Source: Oscillospiraceae bacterium
GTDB taxonomy: Bacteria > Bacillota > Clostridia > Oscillospirales > Acutalibacteraceae
DNA length: 57,965 nucleotides
Direction of reading: 5' to 3'
NCBI GenBank assembly: GCA_902789095.1
Contig: CADAMY010000001.1
Location: forward strand, 1-57,965
Positions 1 to 9,973 of this stretch are shown here, piece by piece. How positions within the stretch are numbered: position 1 is the first letter of the stretch; every line of letters begins with the position of its first letter. Position numbers and translations under genes: made by a program. Under the pieces are notes generated by a model. The model did no database searches and was not told where the DNA came from. It worked only from the letters and a program-made list of their open reading frames with translations.

Positions 1-17
1 TCCGGCCGGAGGCACCA
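1..17 (+). tRNA. 3' end of a tRNA cut by the window edge (identity not determinable)
   Basis: Window opens with TCCGGCCGGAGGCACCA. This reads as T-arm plus acceptor 3' strand ending in CCA. It lies 6 nt upstream of the next tRNA, as in Firmicutes tRNA clusters. Confidence 0.45.
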
Positions 18-23
18 TAATAT

Positions 24-99
24 GCGGATGTAGCTCATCTGGTAGAGCGCCACCTTGCCAAGGTGGAGGTAGCGGGTTCGAGCCCCGTCATCCGCTCCA
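24..99 (+). tRNA. tRNA-Gly (anticodon GCC)
   Basis: Cloverleaf folded by hand. Acceptor GCGGATG/CATCCGC, D-arm GCTC..GAGC, anticodon stem CCACC/GGTGG with loop TTGCCAA (GCC), T-arm GCGGG-TTCGAGC-CCCGT, encoded CCA. Length 76 nt. Confidence 0.9.
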
Positions 100-102
100 A
101 AA

Positions 103-128
103 GCCACCCTATTCGGGTGGTTTTTTTA
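103..128 (+). terminator. Rho-independent terminator after the tRNA cluster
   Basis: Stem CCACCC/GGGTGG with 5-nt loop, followed by T7 (121-127). Confidence 0.8.
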
Positions 129-147
129 TTTAGAAGATTTTGAACTA

Positions 148-176
148 TTGACATATTTGAAGTTGAATTATATAAT
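148..176 (+). promoter_or_regulatory. Consensus sigma-A-type promoter for the CotH-family gene
   Basis: TTGACA (148-153), 17-nt spacer, TATAAT (171-176). Lies about 45 nt upstream of the GGAGG RBS and TTG start at 221. Confidence 0.6.
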
Positions 177-220
177 ATAATTGTTTAATTAATAATATCT
201 ATTTCCGAGGAGGTTTTAAT

Positions 221-3200
221 TTGAAGATATCAAAAAAATTAGTTGCATTAATTTTATCTTTGATCATGCTGGTTCCTTTTGCTTGTTTTACTGTTTTAGC
301 TGACGAAGATGTTTCTGTCACCTTCAGCTCATCTTTTTTTGAAGCGGGGGAAAAGAATGAGGTTATCGTTGAAGGATTTGATTCTGAGAGCCTCAGATAT
401 GTTTGGTATGTAGACGGTAAAGAAGTTATTAATTCTGATTCATATTATATTCCGTCAGATTTTGAGCTTGAATCTTATATCAGTGTTGATGTTTTTGACG
501 GCAATAAAAAGCTTGGTTCAGTCGGCAGTTATTTCAGCAGACTTCCTGTATGCTATATTGATACTGATGAAGCTGAGATAACAAAAGCCGGTTATATTGA
601 TGCAAATATGGTTATTCAGGGCAACTCTGAATATAATGATCCTAAACAGCTTTATGACGGTAAAATAGAAATCAAAGGAAGAGGAAATACTTCATGGTAC
701 GCTCCGAAAAAGCCGTATAAAATTAAGCTTGATTCAAAATCCAATTTGTTTAATATGGGCAAAAATAAACACTGGGTTTTGCTTGCAAATTATTATGATC
801 AGTCTTCTTTGCGCAATATGCTTTCTTATAATATGTCAGGAGAAATGGGTCTTAATTATCAGCAGTCTGTTTGGGTTAACGTTATTATGAACGGTAAATG
901 CATCGGCGTATATCAGTTATGTGAGCATGTAAGACTCGGTAAAGACAGAATTAATATCTTTGACTGGGAAAGTGCTGGCGAAGATGCTGCAAGCGCTATC
1001 GGCAAAGCTAACGGGCTTTCAAAAGCAGATATTTCTTCTCTTGAGGATCAGATGGTTGAAAATCTTTCTTGGGTTACGGATAATAAAGTAGTTTTCAATG
1101 AAACGGAATATACTGTTTCAGATTATTATGAAATTCCTGAAGCCAACGGCGGATTCCTTTATGAAGCGGATACGCACTATGATGAAGTATCAAAGTTTAC
1201 TACATCTAATGGATTGCTGATGAATATCGGCTCACCTGAGTTTCTGAATTCAAACAGCGAGATGTTTGATTATGCAAAATCATATTTTCAAGCTGTTGAA
1301 GACGCTGTATATTCAGATGATTTCTGTACTGAATATAACGGCGAAAAAGTAAGATATACAGATTTAATAGATCTTGATTCATTTGCAATCGGCTGGATCG
1401 TAAATGATCTTTTCGGCAATGTTGACTATCCGTATAAAAGCACTTATTATTATAAGGATTTAAACGGAAAGCTTTACTACGGTCCTGTTTGGGACATGGA
1501 TTACAGCGGTGATAATGCTACTGACGTTTCGTTCTGCGATTTCCGCAGTATTAAGGATACAAGACGCAGATTTATGTCTGAAATGACAGAGGATCCGGTT
1601 TTTGTAAAAAGAGCCAGAGAACTTTACTGGGAAATCCGCAGTACATATCTTTATGATTTGCTTAAAGAAGGCGGAATTTATGATAAGGACGTAAGCTATC
1701 TTAAAGAGGCTTTGAGAAAAAATGATATTATCTGGAATTATACTTATACTTCAGATGAGGATTCTGCCGCCTTTAAAAACTGGCTTAAACTTAAAGTTCA
1801 ATGGCTGGATGCTCAGTATATGAGCGATGATTCGCTTTATCAGGCTCTCCATCCTGAAAAATATACTGCCGGTCTTTTTGAATATGATGAAAATGAACCT
1901 GTTAAACTCGAAGTTACTTCGCTACCTTCAAAAACATATTACCTGCCGGGCGAAAAGCTTGATTTAACAGGCGTACAGCTTCTTGCTACGCTTCGTTCGG
2001 GAGAAACAAAGATCGTTGAGCCCGATTACTACGTCGTATCTATGAAGGGCTATAAAAGATTTGAAGCAACATTTGACGGAATAGCTGAGACTGAAGGAAA
2101 AAAGACTGTCGATTTATATTATAAAAACGTCAGAGCGTCATTTAATATAAATGTTTATTCTGATTCGGTTGATTCGGTGACTAACTTAATCAATGATCTT
2201 CCTGATGAGGTATCTGCTTCTGATTATAACGATATATATTTTGCAAGAAATGCTTTTAACAGATTGTCCGCTGTTGATCAGTCAAGAATCAAAAATTATG
2301 ATAAACTGGAAAATGCTGAAAAGAGCATAAATCTAATAATAGACAACATGCGTCAGAATGGCGAGTGCATTCTTAACGCTTATTATGACGGAGTTTTCCG
2401 TTTCGGCAGCACGAATGCAATTGTAGTTGAAACATTATATTCTCCTAAGACGAGAGCCATAGTTTTGCTTTACCCGACGGGATCAACAAGAACGATAAAT
2501 TCCGCTATGCCGAATGTTTCTGTTTACAATGACGGAACCGTTCAGACATGGGTTATTTATTGTGTTACAAGAGCAGATTATTATGATGTTTTTGCTAAAG
2601 GCGCTTCAAATATCAGTTACAGACTGAAATGTGCAGATTTTGAAAACGAATCCACACTTGTTAAAAGAATTGATTCTCCTTCGGTGATAACTCCTGAAAT
2701 CGAAAATGAGCAATACGTTTATCCGGCTTTTGCTGAATTCAGCGCAGTTACTTCAAAGAATGTTGAATCAATGAAAATCAGGTGCAATAATAAAGAATTT
2801 AACGGAACAGAAAATCTTTCGGGAGATAATAAAGTCTGGACGTTCTATGCTGCTTTAACCGATACGGGAGTTATAAACGTTCAGTATATTTACACATATC
2901 TCGGAAAAGAATATACATTCAGCGTTGAAGACGAATGTTTTCTCAGAGAACAGGTTAAAAAAGCTGATCCGAAAATTGTATCTGTAAGTATAGCTCAAGA
3001 GCCTTATAAGCTTGATTATTATTATCGCGCTAAAGTTAATACTGACGGATTAAAGCTTCTTTTGACTTATGATGACGGCTCGACAAAGATAGTTGAAGAA
3101 GGATTTACTTGTACTCCTGATAAATTCACCAAAACCGGTGATCAGACAGTAACTGTAAATTATATGGGCTATTCAGTTAAATACCAGGTTAAGGTTTCAT

Positions 3201-3256
3201 ATTCTTTTGTCCAGATGCTTATACGAATTTTCTTATTCGGCTGGATATGGTATTGA
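221..3256 (+). CDS. Secreted CotH kinase-family protein with C-terminal Ig-like repeats and a hydrophobic tail
   Basis: TTG start 7 nt after GGAGG. N-terminal signal peptide. CotH-type motifs RGNTSW..KKPYKIKL and NKHWVLLANYYDQSSLRN. C-terminal repeats resemble bacterial Ig-like modules (..TGDQTVTVNYMGYSVKYQVKV). Last ~17 aa are hydrophobic. Confidence 0.8.
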   Translation: MKISKKLVALILSLIMLVPFACFTVLADEDVSVTFSSSFFEAGEKNEVIVEGFDSESLRYVWYVDGKEVINSDSYYIPSDFELESYISVDVFDGNKKLGSVGSYFSRLPVCYIDTDEAEITKAGYIDANMVIQGNSEYNDPKQLYDGKIEIKGRGNTSWYAPKKPYKIKLDSKSNLFNMGKNKHWVLLANYYDQSSLRNMLSYNMSGEMGLNYQQSVWVNVIMNGKCIGVYQLCEHVRLGKDRINIFDWESAGEDAASAIGKANGLSKADISSLEDQMVENLSWVTDNKVVFNETEYTVSDYYEIPEANGGFLYEADTHYDEVSKFTTSNGLLMNIGSPEFLNSNSEMFDYAKSYFQAVEDAVYSDDFCTEYNGEKVRYTDLIDLDSFAIGWIVNDLFGNVDYPYKSTYYYKDLNGKLYYGPVWDMDYSGDNATDVSFCDFRSIKDTRRRFMSEMTEDPVFVKRARELYWEIRSTYLYDLLKEGGIYDKDVSYLKEALRKNDIIWNYTYTSDEDSAAFKNWLKLKVQWLDAQYMSDDSLYQALHPEKYTAGLFEYDENEPVKLEVTSLPSKTYYLPGEKLDLTGVQLLATLRSGETKIVEPDYYVVSMKGYKRFEATFDGIAETEGKKTVDLYYKNVRASFNINVYSDSVDSVTNLINDLPDEVSASDYNDIYFARNAFNRLSAVDQSRIKNYDKLENAEKSINLIIDNMRQNGECILNAYYDGVFRFGSTNAIVVETLYSPKTRAIVLLYPTGSTRTINSAMPNVSVYNDGTVQTWVIYCVTRADYYDVFAKGASNISYRLKCADFENESTLVKRIDSPSVITPEIENEQYVYPAFAEFSAVTSKNVESMKIRCNNKEFNGTENLSGDNKVWTFYAALTDTGVINVQYIYTYLGKEYTFSVEDECFLREQVKKADPKIVSVSIAQEPYKLDYYYRAKVNTDGLKLLLTYDDGSTKIVEEGFTCTPDKFTKTGDQTVTVNYMGYSVKYQVKVSYSFVQMLIRIFLFGWIWY

Positions 3257-3280
3257 TTTATAAATTATAAAGGATGAATA

Positions 3281-3316
3281 AAAACTGACATCGAATAAAT
3301 CGGTGTCAGTTTTTAA
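3281..3316. terminator. Bidirectional terminator between convergent genes
   Basis: Hairpin CTGACATCGA/TCGGTGTCAG with one G-U pair. A-run upstream and T-run downstream. Confidence 0.7.
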
Positions 3317-3350
3317 ATTATATATTCGTTTTTTATAATTGAAAATGAAT

Positions 3351-4427
3351 TTATTTAAGATTGCGTTCAAGGTGAACAAGAAAATCCTGAATATTTGTAA
3401 CTAATCCTTTAACGGATAATGAACCGCGATCATGAAGTTTATTGACGGCAAACTCAGAAATATCAACAGAATAAATATATACAGGGCGTATAATCCCGTT
3501 TGTCTCACAGAATGAAGGCGTCATATTGCCTGTAGCGATCGTGTGAAGCTGAGTTGCAAGACAAATTACAGTTGTTGCTTTTCTTGTATGCTCGCGCATT
3601 GCGTTCTGCGATTCATAAACGTTGCCGATAACTTCAGGCAGGGGACCGTCATCACGAATCGAACCGGCAAGAACAAACGGTTTATCGCATTCAAGCAGGG
3701 CATTCATAACTCCGGTGTGAAGATCATACTTCTCTAAAAATTTTTTGATCGAGCCTTCTTTGCGAACAAGATTTATCGTATGAAGGTGATGATAATGACC
3801 GTTTTCAATAAGCTTTTTGGTGTAAATATCCTGACCGAGACCTGTATGGAACAATGCAGCTTCGAGGTCGTGGGTTGCAAGCGCATTTCCTGCAAAGAGG
3901 CAGTCACAGTATCCTTTACGGATAAGGCTTGCCATTGCCTGCCTGCTGTCGTTATCAAAAACGCAGGCAGGACCGAGTACCCAGACGATATAACCGTTTT
4001 CACGATCATTGCGGAGAACTTCATACAACTGATCATAATCGCGTGAAAAAGACGTCTCGCGTGATTGCCCGGTTCTGAAAGCAAAAGACGATGAAGAAGA
4101 TTCATCAGGCTTTTCAAAGCAATCAGCGTGAACATATACTCCGCCCGTACCGTCGTCACTTCTGCCGACAACTACCTGATCGCCTTTCTTTATAAGTCTC
4201 GGTTCTGTAACAATCGGCATATCATCCCTAATTACAACAGCGCAGTCCATTCTGCTTTGATGAAGCATTTTCCATTGACCGTTTATTTTGAAAAACTCAG
4301 GATATATTGTCGTAGCGTAGAATTGCTCCGGCAGATATCCGTCACCGGCAGGCTCTGTTCTTACATCAGGCGCAGAGAGGAAAGGTTCGCAATTGAAATC
4401 CGGATTTTTGAATTTCGGAAAAATCAT
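3351..4427 (-). CDS. Conserved protein, tentatively TIGR00300 / LOR-SDH conserved-region family (ornithine cyclodeaminase-like)
   Basis: Long ORF. I prefer the ATG at 4427 (GAAGG 7 nt upstream) over the RBS-less TTG at 4472. The family call rests only on remembered resemblance of the GPACVF...GNALATHD...HYHHLHT region. Confidence 0.4.
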   Translation of the reverse strand: MIFPKFKNPDFNCEPFLSAPDVRTEPAGDGYLPEQFYATTIYPEFFKINGQWKMLHQSRMDCAVVIRDDMPIVTEPRLIKKGDQVVVGRSDDGTGGVYVHADCFEKPDESSSSSFAFRTGQSRETSFSRDYDQLYEVLRNDRENGYIVWVLGPACVFDNDSRQAMASLIRKGYCDCLFAGNALATHDLEAALFHTGLGQDIYTKKLIENGHYHHLHTINLVRKEGSIKKFLEKYDLHTGVMNALLECDKPFVLAGSIRDDGPLPEVIGNVYESQNAMREHTRKATTVICLATQLHTIATGNMTPSFCETNGIIRPVYIYSVDISEFAVNKLHDRGSLSVKGLVTNIQDFLVHLERNLK

Positions 4428-4568
4428 AGTTTGACCTTCTTTTGCTGTAAATTTGCGTTGGTTAAAAAGCAACAGGCAGGGAACACAAAGGAACTCTGCC
4501 CATTTTATTTTAAGGTAATGACGATGAATTATGCAGTAAAATCAAGTAAATAAAAATATATTTAACTT

Positions 4569-4597
4569 AAAAAGGCATTTGTTGTAAAACAAATGCC
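4569..4597 (-). terminator. Terminator downstream of tRNA-Ala
   Basis: Perfect 10-bp stem GGCATTTGTT/AACAAATGCC with 4-nt loop. T5 on the minus strand. Confidence 0.65.
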
Positions 4598-4600
4598 CTC

Positions 4601-4676
<76 letters not shown>

Positions 4677-4837
4677 GAATATCTTAATTTCAGGTAATCA
4701 AATAAAATATGACTTCCCTGAAGCACTTATATATTAACATATATATACAAAAAAATCAAGTGTTAAATAAAATAATTTTATTGTTGATAAATGTTATTTT
4801 ATATGCTAAAATAAGTTAAAATAATGGAGGTGGCATT

Positions 4838-5767
4838 ATGAGTAATATCAAAGAATATTCATTCAGTTCCGTATCCGGTTTGTCTGACATTTATGCAAGA
4901 GCATATTTACCGGAAAATAATGAAATCAAAGCAATTTTTCAGATAGCTCACGGTATGGCTGAACACGCTGACAGATACGATTGGTTTGCAGATAAACTTA
5001 CTCAGGCAGGATATGCTGTCTTTATCAACAATCATCTTGGTCATAAATTATCGGTCAAAGATGATTCTCAGCTTGGATTTTTCGGCGATAAGGATGGTTG
5101 GAAAAATCTTGTTGCAGATCAGAGAAAGCTGACTGAACTTGCAAGAAATGAATTTCCCGGTTTGCCGATAATTGCTTTCGGTCACAGCATGGGTTCTTTT
5201 ATATGCCGCGCATATACGGCTGAGTATCACGATGTTGACGCAGCAATTTACTGCGGTACCGGCGGTCCGAATCCAGCAGCCGCAGCCGGAATTACAATAG
5301 CAAATATTGTTGCCAAAATAAAAGGCAATATGCACAAAAGCAAACTTATTGATAAAATAGCTTTCGGATCATACAATAAACGCTGCCCGGGCAGAACACC
5401 TTTTGACTGGCTGACAAAAGATGAGAAAATTGTTGATAAATATGTCGCCGATCCTTACTGCGGATTCCTGTTTACTGCGTGCGGTTACAGAGATCTTTTC
5501 AGTTCACTAAATTTTGTATCTCAGAATGATTGGGCTGGCAAAGTTGAAAAAGATATGCCGATTTTTTTGATTGCAGGGCAGGAAGATCCGGTCGGAACTT
5601 ACGGCGAAGGCGTTAAAAAAGTATATGAAATGTTGAAAGATTCCGGTCATACTGACGTCCAGTTAAAGCTTTATCAGGGTGACAGGCACGAAATCCTGAA
5701 CGAACTTGACCGTGATATTGTAGCGGCTGATATAATTGCTTTTGCAGACAAAGCGTTAAACAAATAA
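4838..5767 (+). CDS. Alpha/beta hydrolase (lysophospholipase / monoacylglycerol lipase-like)
   Basis: GGAGGTGG RBS. Nucleophile elbow GHSMGS. Length and layout typical of the Hydrolase_4 family. Confidence 0.75.
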   Translation: MSNIKEYSFSSVSGLSDIYARAYLPENNEIKAIFQIAHGMAEHADRYDWFADKLTQAGYAVFINNHLGHKLSVKDDSQLGFFGDKDGWKNLVADQRKLTELARNEFPGLPIIAFGHSMGSFICRAYTAEYHDVDAAIYCGTGGPNPAAAAGITIANIVAKIKGNMHKSKLIDKIAFGSYNKRCPGRTPFDWLTKDEKIVDKYVADPYCGFLFTACGYRDLFSSLNFVSQNDWAGKVEKDMPIFLIAGQEDPVGTYGEGVKKVYEMLKDSGHTDVQLKLYQGDRHEILNELDRDIVAADIIAFADKALNK

Positions 5768-5781
5768 AGTAAAGAAAAATC

Positions 5782-5814
5782 AAGCTGTGCGATTCGATCA
5801 AGAATTGCACAGCT
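5782..5814. terminator. Hairpin between convergent genes
   Basis: 9-bp stem AAGCTGTGC/GCACAGCTT. It sits in the 51-nt gap between the stops at 5767 (+) and 5819 (-). Confidence 0.55.
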
Positions 5815-5818
5815 TAAA

Positions 5819-6907
5819 TTATTTATTCAATAAATAACCATTGATTTCATAATAGAAATTAATGTCTTTCTCAACAGGCTCCTCGGTCTCGGTAGCTTTA
5901 AGAACTTTTTGAGTTACTTCCCAGCTTTTGTTCCAGGATTCTGTTATTTCTTCGGAATGTTCTGACTTTACGTCGTAGTTTGAAACAATATAATCAGCAA
6001 AAACCGGAGTAAATTTTTCCTGACCGAAAACGTTAAGGTGACCGTAATGATAAAAATCTTTTGTAGGAATCAAATTAAGATTTTGTCTTTCTGATTCAAA
6101 ATCTTTATAATCGTAACCGTATGATAATACTTTATTTTTTATATTCTCATACACTTCCGGATTCTTATTATCTACACAATGCGGAAATCTTACAAATAAC
6201 ACGTTTTCAACATTATTATCTTTAAAAAATTCAAGTAGATCCGTTAAAGAATCGTCAGCAATTTTTCCGGGTTTAGGTGTGTATTTTTTGAGCTTATCGC
6301 TTTTTAAAACATTTTTTTTGTTAGCATAAGCTTTAGTCATAGTCTGGCCGAATAAAGCCATATAAATTCTGTTTCTCAAACAAACTAAAAATGATCTTAT
6401 ATATTTCCAGTTTTCATGATATTTAATAATCGGGAAATGAAATTCTGCCTGACTTTCTTGCGGAACCGTATCCTTTATAAGCTGTTTTCTGAGTTTATCA
6501 TTAGGCACACTGTCCAGAAAAGTGTGGGCTTTTGTCAAATCATTCTGATATTCATCGTCGCAGGTAAATCCGTTTATCTCAATAACATAAAGCTTAGGAT
6601 TCTGATGCGCCATTACTTCCTGTACTGCAGGTTTATAATGTGTTGCAAGCATTCCTGCATAACAAAGAGAATAACTTGTAAAACCACTGTGATTCCACGC
6701 TAGGGGAGAGCAGAAGCCGGTATATAATTCACTCGCCCCGATTAAAGCTACATCTAAAGAGTCTTCAGGCTCAAGAAAAAAACCTCCGATATGCATTATA
6801 TCTTTGCGGTCAGCTACTTTAAGGCAGAATGATGCAGCAGTAGTAAGAATACAAATAACTAAAATAAAACTTATAAATCTGATAAGATTTTTAATAGATT
6901 TTTTCAT
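5819..6907 (-). CDS. DltD-like membrane-anchored SGNH-type protein (last gene of the dlt-like operon)
   Basis: Start moved to the ATG at 6907 (AAGGAGAT RBS). N-terminal TM anchor. IGASELY resembles the DltD GSSEL serine motif. C-terminal FYHYGHLN histidine motif. Size (362 aa) close to DltD. Confidence 0.55.
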   Translation of the reverse strand: MKKSIKNLIRFISFILVICILTTAASFCLKVADRKDIMHIGGFFLEPEDSLDVALIGASELYTGFCSPLAWNHSGFTSYSLCYAGMLATHYKPAVQEVMAHQNPKLYVIEINGFTCDDEYQNDLTKAHTFLDSVPNDKLRKQLIKDTVPQESQAEFHFPIIKYHENWKYIRSFLVCLRNRIYMALFGQTMTKAYANKKNVLKSDKLKKYTPKPGKIADDSLTDLLEFFKDNNVENVLFVRFPHCVDNKNPEVYENIKNKVLSYGYDYKDFESERQNLNLIPTKDFYHYGHLNVFGQEKFTPVFADYIVSNYDVKSEHSEEITESWNKSWEVTQKVLKATETEEPVEKDINFYYEINGYLLNK

Positions 6908-6920
6908 TTTATCTCCTTTC

Positions 6921-8549
6921 TTAAAACTGCATATAAACAAAATCAGCAGGACTGACTCCCGGTCCGTATGTTCCGCAAATAATAATGCCCATAATCAGCA
7001 TAATATAAACTATCCATTGAACAGGTAATTTTTTTCGTGCAAGAATATCACGAACAGGTTCCTGTTTTTTCTCTTGAATTACGGAAATAATGAATATAAT
7101 GAATGCGCCGAAGAAAATCATCAGAATATCCTGAAGATCAAGAGAATGATCAGGAATGAGACTTTCTTTGGAAATCTTAAAAAAAGGTTTCAGATCTGCA
7201 AGATGAAAATCTGTTACACCTTTATACATCATATAAACCGCTGACTTGACGCTTTTTGAAATATCAAAGAAATAACCGACGAGAACAAAAATAAACGTTC
7301 TTGCCATAGCAAATATTTTATACGGAAGTTTGTTGACGTTAATTTTCAGCTTTTCAATTATTTTTTTGTCAACAGGCTGCATAAAGGAGGACAGCATTAT
7401 CACAAGACCGTTCCAAAGACCGAATGCTACATATCTCAACTCTGATCCGTGCCAGATTCCAATTACTACAAAAGTAATAAGTGATGCTATACTCGTTGGC
7501 AGAACTTTACCGAAGTTTTTGTTGACTTTTTTAAGGTTCTTACCCATTTTCAAAAACGGTTTTGAAAGAGAAATGGGGTAGAAAAGATAATTGCGAAGCC
7601 AGTCGCCCAAAGTAATATGCCAGCGATGCCAGTATTCAGTAAGAGTTTTTGAAAAATAAGGACGTCTGAAGTTTTCAGCCATAGTTATGCCGTAAATTTC
7701 TGCAACACCGCGGCACATATCAACACCGCCGGAAAAATCGGCATAAAGCTGTATAGCATAAACGATTCCTGCAAAAATAAATACAGAACCTTGATATTTG
7801 CCGAAATGTTCCGGAATATAGGTTACGATAGAAACGGCTCTGTCTGCAATAACAAGCTTTTTAAACATACCCCATAAAATCAGGATTCCGCCTCTTTTGA
7901 ATCTGTCATAGCTGAATTTATGAGTTTCAAAAAGCTGATGAGCAAGATCGCTGTAAATTGCGATCGGACCCTGAATGATCTGAGGGAAGAATGATAAGAA
8001 CAGCGAAAGCTTAGCAATATTACGTTCAGCGGTAACTTTCTTTCGGTAAATATCAATTATATAACCCATTGCCTGGAAGGTATAAAATGATATACCAAGC
8101 GGCAATACAAGCTTTAAAGCTGGCAAATTCGGATCAAGTCCGATACTTGAAAGCACCCTGTCTGCTTGTGCGAAAATAAATCCGAGATATTTCAGCAAAG
8201 CCAGTATGCCGAAGTTAAAAACAAGAGCTAAAGCTGTAACAAGTTTTTTCTTGTTTTGCATTGATGCCTTAAACTTTTTCTTTTCTTCTGCTGACCAGAT
8301 TCCTTTTTGCTCTTTAATCCTCAAAGAAGTCTGATCGTTTAATTTCTGCAGCTTCAAACCGCACAAATAAGTTGAAATTATAGTTAAAAATATATAGAAT
8401 GAATACTTATTGCAGGTATAAATATAGAAAAACAAGCTCGAAACGAGTAAAACAACCCATTGATATTGCTTTAATTTTTCAGGCAGTAAAAAGTAAATTA
8501 AACCGGTAATAGTAACCAGCAGTAAAAAACCAAATGAAATTAAAGTCAT
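6921..8549 (-). CDS. MBOAT family O-acyltransferase (DltB/AlgI-like)
   Basis: Polytopic membrane protein with the MBOAT histidine region EYWHRWHITLGDWLRNYLFYP. Confidence 0.85.
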   Translation of the reverse strand: MTLISFGFLLLVTITGLIYFLLPEKLKQYQWVVLLVSSLFFYIYTCNKYSFYIFLTIISTYLCGLKLQKLNDQTSLRIKEQKGIWSAEEKKKFKASMQNKKKLVTALALVFNFGILALLKYLGFIFAQADRVLSSIGLDPNLPALKLVLPLGISFYTFQAMGYIIDIYRKKVTAERNIAKLSLFLSFFPQIIQGPIAIYSDLAHQLFETHKFSYDRFKRGGILILWGMFKKLVIADRAVSIVTYIPEHFGKYQGSVFIFAGIVYAIQLYADFSGGVDMCRGVAEIYGITMAENFRRPYFSKTLTEYWHRWHITLGDWLRNYLFYPISLSKPFLKMGKNLKKVNKNFGKVLPTSIASLITFVVIGIWHGSELRYVAFGLWNGLVIMLSSFMQPVDKKIIEKLKINVNKLPYKIFAMARTFIFVLVGYFFDISKSVKSAVYMMYKGVTDFHLADLKPFFKISKESLIPDHSLDLQDILMIFFGAFIIFIISVIQEKKQEPVRDILARKKLPVQWIVYIMLIMGIIICGTYGPGVSPADFVYMQF

Positions 8550-8553
8550 ATAT

Positions 8554-9723
8554 TTAAAAATCCTCTGCAGTATTAATACTTGATGTTTCTTTAAAATCTC
8601 TGACGATTTTTGCTCCGTACCTTTCAGAATACAGAATTATTCTCGGTAAAGTGCGCGATAAAAACAGACCGATACCCTCAGTTACAGTATAAGCGCCGCA
8701 TCTGCCGAAGCAAAGAATATCGCCGATATTTAATTCGGGCAATTCAACCTTACGCACAATTATATCGGCGGTAGTACATAAACTGCCGCAAAGCGTATAC
8801 GATTCAGTAGTTTTTTTCGGATTTAAAACTTCAATCGGAGGAATCTGCATAGCCATTGTCTGACCATAGTATTTAAGATGATTCATACCTCCGTCACAGA
8901 TAACATAGTTTGTTCCGCCGGTAGATTTAATATCGGCAGCACTTGTAAGATATGTGCCGCAGGACGAAGCAATAAAACGTCCCATTTCTACTGTAAGATT
9001 ATATTTTTCTGCGAACTTTTTGAGTCTTTCACAGGTGAAAGTGAGAATTTCATTGTCTTTCTCTTCATACGGAGCATTAAAATATTCAGCAGCCATGCCG
9101 GGACCGTATTCAACGTGGGAGGCTCTGAATCCGTATTTTTCGCCGATATGATCTATAAAGCTTTCAAAAGCATCGATATCATTTTCAATAACAGACTGTT
9201 TCTTTTTCTGTGTACCTGTATAATAATGAAAACCGATAATATTGAGTCCCGGATATTTACTTATATCTGAAATTATTGATTCAATATCAGATTTATCCAT
9301 ACCAAACTGATTACCGTTGGAAAGCCTCAATATAGTATCAGGCTTCATATCGAGCTTCATAGCTGTTTCGTTGATTATTCTGATATGCTGCAAGCTTTCG
9401 GCAGTGATGATACCTACGTTATATCTGAGCGCTTCTTCAACGTCATCATAACCTTTATTGACACCGGAATAAATAATCATTTCCGGCGGAATCTTTTTAG
9501 TTTTACATATGCTGAGTTCGCCGGGGGAGCATACCTCAACTTTTGATACGCATTCCGGCAAATCTGCAAGTAAAAAAGGATTAGCTTTTATAGAAAAGCA
9601 TAACGGAATATTGCCCAGTCTGTTTTTAATTATTATTGCTTGAGAATGAAATTCATCAATATCAAAAATAAAAGATGGAGTCTGAGCAATATCTTTGATT
9701 GATTCAATTATTTTAGTATTCAT
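8554..9723 (-). CDS. PLP-dependent decarboxylase, Orn/DAP/Arg decarboxylase family (fold type III)
   Basis: PLP-lysine motif CFSIKANPF..., VCSPGEL, HVEYGPGMAAEY (glycine loop) and CGSLCTTADI (CESGD-type). 2-nt and 4-nt gaps to its neighbours. Confidence 0.8.
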   Translation of the reverse strand: MNTKIIESIKDIAQTPSFIFDIDEFHSQAIIIKNRLGNIPLCFSIKANPFLLADLPECVSKVEVCSPGELSICKTKKIPPEMIIYSGVNKGYDDVEEALRYNVGIITAESLQHIRIINETAMKLDMKPDTILRLSNGNQFGMDKSDIESIISDISKYPGLNIIGFHYYTGTQKKKQSVIENDIDAFESFIDHIGEKYGFRASHVEYGPGMAAEYFNAPYEEKDNEILTFTCERLKKFAEKYNLTVEMGRFIASSCGTYLTSAADIKSTGGTNYVICDGGMNHLKYYGQTMAMQIPPIEVLNPKKTTESYTLCGSLCTTADIIVRKVELPELNIGDILCFGRCGAYTVTEGIGLFLSRTLPRIILYSERYGAKIVRDFKETSSINTAEDF

Positions 9724-9725
9724 AA

Positions 9726-9959
9726 TTATTCGTCTTCCAGATGAGAATTGATAAGATCTATCATACCTTCAACAGAATTAAAGTTATCAGGAACAAGATC
9801 CTCGACTCTTAATTCAATGTCGAATGCATCGCTTAATTCGCCGACAAGCGAAACGATATCAAATGATTCAAGAATACCGTCGGTAATAAGCTGTTTTTCG
9901 TTCTCAAAGTCTACATCCGGTCTTAATTCTTCCAGGATTTCCATAATTTCTTCTCTCAT
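9726..9959 (-). CDS. D-alanyl-carrier-protein-like (DltC-like) carrier protein
   Basis: 77 aa, acidic. GILESFDIVSLV matches the DltC GxLDSmg phosphopantetheine-serine motif. Confidence 0.8.
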   Translation of the reverse strand: MREEIMEILEELRPDVDFENEKQLITDGILESFDIVSLVGELSDAFDIELRVEDLVPDNFNSVEGMIDLINSHLEDE

Positions 9960-9973
9960 TTTTTTACCCTCTC

